Source: Paraspadella gotoi
Lineage: Eukaryota > Animalia > Chaetognatha
NCBI GenBank assembly: GCA_051294375.1
Contig: JBJCIZ010000378.1
Coordinates: 1-15,386, forward strand
Direction: 5' to 3'
Length of the DNA: 15,386 nucleotides
Positions 11,723 to 15,386 of this stretch are shown in pieces. Under the pieces are notes generated by a model, which saw only the letters and a program-made list of their open reading frames with translations, searched no databases and had not been told where the DNA came from. How positions within the stretch are numbered: position 1 is the stretch's first letter; each line of letters begins with the position of its first letter. Position numbers and translations under genes: made by a program.

Positions 11723-11747
11723 NNNNNNNNNNNNNNNNNNNNNNNNN
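11723..11747. other. Assembly gap (25 N)
   Basis: Exactly 25 N. Confidence 1.
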
Positions 11748-13062
11748 AAAACCGGTCCTCTACTCGAAAATGTCCGTTAATTGCTATGTTTTACAATATT
11801 CGCACCTGACGCCAACAAATAAATTAAAAAGTGTTATTAGTATTTGATACTCTAACATCCTAGGTATCTTCCTTTGCGGGAACAAAGAAAATCGGTAAAG
11901 GTAAAGTAGAACTTATCACAAAACATACAATAAGTTTAGTGTCTTGCCAAACGGCTAAGCTATTTTGCTTGTTAAAATTATCTCATTAAAAAGTCCGAAA
12001 ACAACTTTTAACGGAGGCTTTAATTTGCACCTGAAGACGACGTTAACTTACCATTATTATTTTACATATGGATAGTCCATGATCTGAACTTTCCAAATCT
12101 GCCGGAACAAAGGCGTAGTTTTCACGTTTTCACCTTGAAATTATTTTTTTATTGCAGCTAGTTCACAGAAATTGCGCTTTTTTTTCGCTCTTCGTTAATC
12201 GAAATTTTTACACGCTTCTTAAGTTCTTCACGCTAATCGTCTAATGCGCGATCAGGTCCGCGCTTAAAACCAAATTACTCGTGTTTTCGTGTCTCAATAT
12301 CATTCTTGTAACAGTTGCCATAGAAATTGTTCAACCATCAACCTTCGCCACGTGTTTTTTTTTTCTCAAAATAATGAAATTTATTTTATTAAGTATTACT
12401 AATGAATTTAACCGCCCTGCTTTTTTGTGAAGGAGGAAAATATAATGTCGTTTTTTTTTAGTCTAGAATCTGTTCCAGCCAGGGTCATGTGTTAAAAAAA
12501 AAATATTTTCCTCCCCTGCTTAGGTTATTTTTTTTATTTTTAGTATTAAAAACGCTTTTCACGAAGAATAATCGTTTACGAATTTGTTTAAAAAAAACAT
12601 TTTTAAATATTTGTTAAGACACGCCGGTCTGTCCAATGCATGAGCCTTCGTGAATCACCGCTGGGGAGCACACATATCTCGGTCGAGAGTCAAATATTGA
12701 AATTTGGGCGATCCCGGAGTTGAATACACTCTGGAGGCTTATGGGAAAACGAAGAGAAAGAAGAAAAAAAAAGTTCGTTTCTTTACAGAAAAGAAAATTT
12801 AAGACCGTAACAACAATGATATTAAAAACGTTTTTAAGCTTCACAAGCTAAGGATTTCTTTTTAATTCTTTAAAAAATGTTTTTTAAATATTAGTAATTG
12901 TAATTTTTTTTTTCCTTGTTTTTGATAGATATTTACAAAGTAACAGTTTTTATTTGTGATAACCACGTCATTTAATAATTTAGTTATGTTTTGTTTCTCG
13001 TTTTTGCGAAAGGCCTCATCAACCCCCAGTGTTAATATATAATATATAAATAAATAAATATA

Positions 13063-13429
13063 TAAATGAATGGATATTTTTAATTGGTTGTACTAATTTT
13101 ATAAAATTCAGCTCCCTGTGTATTTTATGTTAGTGGCGGAGTACAATAAGTATTCCCCGATCAATATATACTAGGGAGTGGTCTTTTTCATACTATTGAA
13201 ACATTCTTTGAAATATATACCACTTCATTGATAGGGAGCCAGGTACTCTGGGAGTGAATAAACGAGACTGTGAGAGAGTCTTGATTGAAAGTTTGCAGGG
13301 ACCTGCTATGTCATTATTTTTGTAAGAGTGATGAGGGCTTAAACCACCAGCCCTGTCCAAAGTCAGGGGCAAAGATAGCTTATTTATTAAATGAATGGAT
13401 AATTTTATATTGGTTGTACCAATTTCATA
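13063..13429 (+). repeat. Imperfect ~41-bp direct repeat pair (13063-13103 and 13388-13429)
   Basis: TAAATGAATGGATATTTTTAATTGGTTGTACTAATTTTATA versus TAAATGAATGGATAATTTTATATTGGTTGTACCAATTTCATA, 325 bp apart. Confidence 0.85.
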
Positions 13430-13457
13430 TATATATAAATATTTGGATACTAACTTT

Positions 13458-13507
13458 GAGAGATAGAGAGAAAGGCAATTTTAACCTTGATTCTCTCTCT
13501 CTCTCTC
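13458..13507. repeat. (GA)n...(TC)n inverted microsatellite pair
   Basis: GAGAGATAGAGAGAAAGG-caattttaa-CCTTGATTCTCTCTCTCTCTCTC. Confidence 0.75.
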
Positions 13508-13942
13508 CGAATTATTAAATGATCATTGTAATAATAAATAAAAACTCTGTCATTTTGTAAATATTATCTGGGAAGATGGGTATCTAGCTAAAGGTAGTGT
13601 TCTAACTAGTCTCTCATCATAGGGAAAAGAGGTAAGAAGGGTAAGGAATATATTGGTAATGGGTAAATACGCTACAACAAAGGGAGCAAGGGTACATAAA
13701 AGGGAGAGAAGGGGGGAGGAAGGTTTGCAGACCCGAGACCCGAGAGGAGAAGTTGAGAGAGACTGTCCGATCTCCAAGACTCTATCCGTGACTCCGGGAT
13801 GAAGGAGGAGGGGACGACGAGGGAGGAGGAGGCGTTGAGAGGGGGAAGAGAAGGCCCGGGGGAGAGAGAGGTTCTGGCGGTAAGGTGAGCCTCTATCTTG
13901 TTCCCCTCTCTTGGTCGGAGACGCCCACTTGGGTCTTGAATG

Positions 13943-14329
13943 TCACAGGTGGGCGTCGCCATCATCTAGTGGCGGCGTGGAAGTGGTTTCGTGGAGAGGT
14001 AGGGGCAAGAGCGGAGCCGCCGAGCCGGTCAGGTGGAATTGGGTGGAGTGGACGTGATGTTTGGGGGGCGGCGGGGATGTCGTCCTAAGCTCCTCTAAAT
14101 TCTCGACGGCTTTGTTGGCTGGCTTGACGTGGCGCTGGTCAGAGAGGACGGAACCGGAAGTCGCCTTGAGTCTCGTGGATTGACGGGCGGTAATCGTTGG
14201 TTCGATTGGGGGTGGAGGCGGGAAGGAATTGATTTTTTTGCCTTGAGTCTTCAGCGGGGTTGACTTTTTGGGAGGGGATGGAGGATACAATTGTTCGAGG
14301 GGAGGGAGAAACCACGCTACTTGTAATCT
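13943..14329 (-). CDS. Possible coding fragment, Pro/Ser/Thr-rich, product unknown (exon or decayed retroelement ORF)
   Basis: Stop-to-stop open frame RLQVAWFLPPLEQLYPPSPPKK...PPPPPIEPTITARQSTRLK...DAHL* inside a GC-rich island. It has no ATG start and no domain that I recognise. Confidence 0.25.
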   Translation of the reverse strand, partial: RLQVAWFLPPLEQLYPPSPPKKSTPLKTQGKKINSFPPPPPIEPTITARQSTRLKATSGSVLSDQRHVKPANKAVENLEELRTTSPPPPKHHVHSTQFHLTGSAAPLLPLPLHETTSTPPLDDGDAHL

Positions 14330-14479
14330 TCAATTTTTTTTTTTGATTTTTTTTTTCAAATATAAAATTATAATTGGGTCTCAAAGAAAAGATAATTGTG
14401 TTATAACAATAAAAGTCAACCCAATTTCTTTTGAATATTTAACAAAGGAAAAATGAGAGAGAAAAGATGGTGAAACTAT

Positions 14480-14728
14480 CAATAGACCAAACTGTAAAAC
14501 TAATAATTAAATGAACTACGAGATGATGAGACACACAATCTAAATATGAACTAGAAACGTTTCAATGGTAATTGAAATTTGTTTTTTTAAATTTCTAAAT
14601 TCGAAACTTAATGGGAAAAGACGGCAAAAAAAAGTGTTGTACCTAGCAATAAATCATACTGTGAAACTAAGAAATAAAATGCACTACGAAAATGATAGAA
14701 CACTCAAGGAAGTATAAAACTAGAAGCG
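14480..14728 (+). repeat. Diverged direct repeat, ~80-bp core, ~167-bp period (14480-14559 and 14647-14728)
   Basis: CAATAGACCAAACTGTAAAACTAATAATTAAATGAACTACGAGATGAT..CTAGAAACG versus CAATAAATCATACTGTGAAACTAAGAAATAAAATGCACTACGAAAATGAT..CTAGAAGCG. Confidence 0.8.
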
Positions 14729-14920
14729 ATATACGTTTGAGAAAGAGAAAGAAAAATTTTTTTAAAAACATTTTCAAATTCAAAATTAAAATTTTAAATC
14801 CAGAAATTTCAAATTCGACTTATTTACAAAGTTAAAAAAGGATAAGGTCAATCTCTGCAATAACACACGATTTCAAAAGCTGCAGCTTTTACTGTAACAA
14901 AAAAAAAACTTAACAATTTT

Positions 14921-15304
14921 TCAAAACAAAAGGGGGTTACACAGAAAGGAAAGAAGGGGAAGCAGGGAAAGAGTTACGCAAGAAGACGATCGTTGTCGGT
15001 CCCATGGAGGTCGCTGCAGATCACCGTGATGAGAAAGAGAGGTTGAAGTCGAGGAGGTAATTTTTTGTCTTTTCTTTATTTGAATGATTCGGGAGTCCGT
15101 GTAAAGGGGAGATGCGCAGGAGAGAGATAGAGGGGGGGAGTAGGTTGGGGTGGGGAAGAGGGTGAAAGCGGAGAAATGAAAGGAAGAGGAAGGGTTTTTA
15201 GCGATCTTAGGATCGCCATCGCAATCGCCATCGTCATCGCCATTTGCGTCGCCGTTGCAGTCACCATCGCCGTTGCCATCGCCTCCGAGTCCCAGTTGTT
15301 CGAC
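14921..15304 (-). CDS. Possible exon with a Gly/Asp/Asn repeat, absent from the ORF track
   Basis: 127 sense codons, VEQLGLGGDGNGDGDCNGDANGDDDGDCDGDPKIAK..., beginning immediately after an acceptor-like GTGTCCTCCTTTAG and ending at TGA (14923-14921). Confidence 0.3.
   Translation of the reverse strand, partial: VEQLGLGGDGNGDGDCNGDANGDDDGDCDGDPKIAKNPSSSFHFSAFTLFPTPTYSPPLSLSCASPLYTDSRIIQIKKRQKITSSTSTSLSHHGDLQRPPWDRQRSSSCVTLSLLPLLSFLCNPLLF
15212..15283 (-). repeat. Degenerate hexamer repeat (GGCGAT)x12
   Basis: The plus strand reads ATCGCC ATCGCA ATCGCC ATCGTC ATCGCC ATTTGC GTCGCC GTTGCA GTCACC ATCGCC GTTGCC ATCGCC. Confidence 0.85.
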
Positions 15305-15386
15305 CTAAAGGAGGACACCGTACCTATCTGGATAGGGAAATTGAGTATGGTTTAAATATGTTATTGTGATAATTTTAAGCCGTGAC

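Noticed and set aside
12990-13360. Hammerhead ribozyme cores (minus-strand TGATGAGGCC..GAAAC at 13021-12993; plus-strand TGATGAGGGCT at 13329; also CTGAAGA at 12031)
   Set aside because: None has a complete CUGANGA, stem II and GAAA arrangement; the first C or the closing stem/GAAA is missing.
14893-14941. TGTAAC...GTTACA, LTR-like termini
   Set aside because: Only 49 bp apart, with no target-site duplication, primer-binding site or partner LTR.
15004-15062. Plus-strand mini-exon ATGGAGGTC...GAG/GTAATT (MEVAADHRDEKERLKSR)
   Set aside because: Very short, no supported downstream exon, and such signals are expected by chance.
11748-15386. Telomeric repeats, tRNA/rRNA genes, or transposase/reverse transcriptase domains
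   Set aside because: I saw no TTAGG, TCAGG or TTAGGG arrays, no recognisable RNA-gene motifs and no catalytic motifs.

Overview
Eukaryotic, very AT-rich genomic scaffold (plausibly insect; this is inference only). About 1-11340 is a T-rich, strand-asymmetric satellite with a ~49-bp monomer (consensus TTTTTAACGTTTTTATCTCTTTTTACATTGGAAAAGTCGTTTGCCGGTG). Its variant monomers (42, 49 and ~60 bp) occur in shuffled cassettes, punctuated by a conserved ~150-bp A-rich spacer. Parts of the array are clean (1-950, 2192-6660). Other parts are indel-riddled copies beside two N-gaps (951-1958, 6661-8570, and 8571-11340 where only ghosts of the repeat survive), which look like low-coverage long-read gap filling. 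After the 25-N gap (11723-11747) the sequence is non-satellite: AT-rich DNA with GC-richer islands, a segment of nested inverted repeats (13010-13370), a GA/TC hairpin, a diverged ~167-bp duplication, and two minus-strand open frames (one Pro/Ser/Thr-rich, one with a Gly-Asp repeat). No gene, RNA gene or transposase could be identified. The ORFs over the satellite are translation artefacts. I cannot support a confident new biological system; the best leads are the spacer-punctuated satellite architecture and the candidate structured element.
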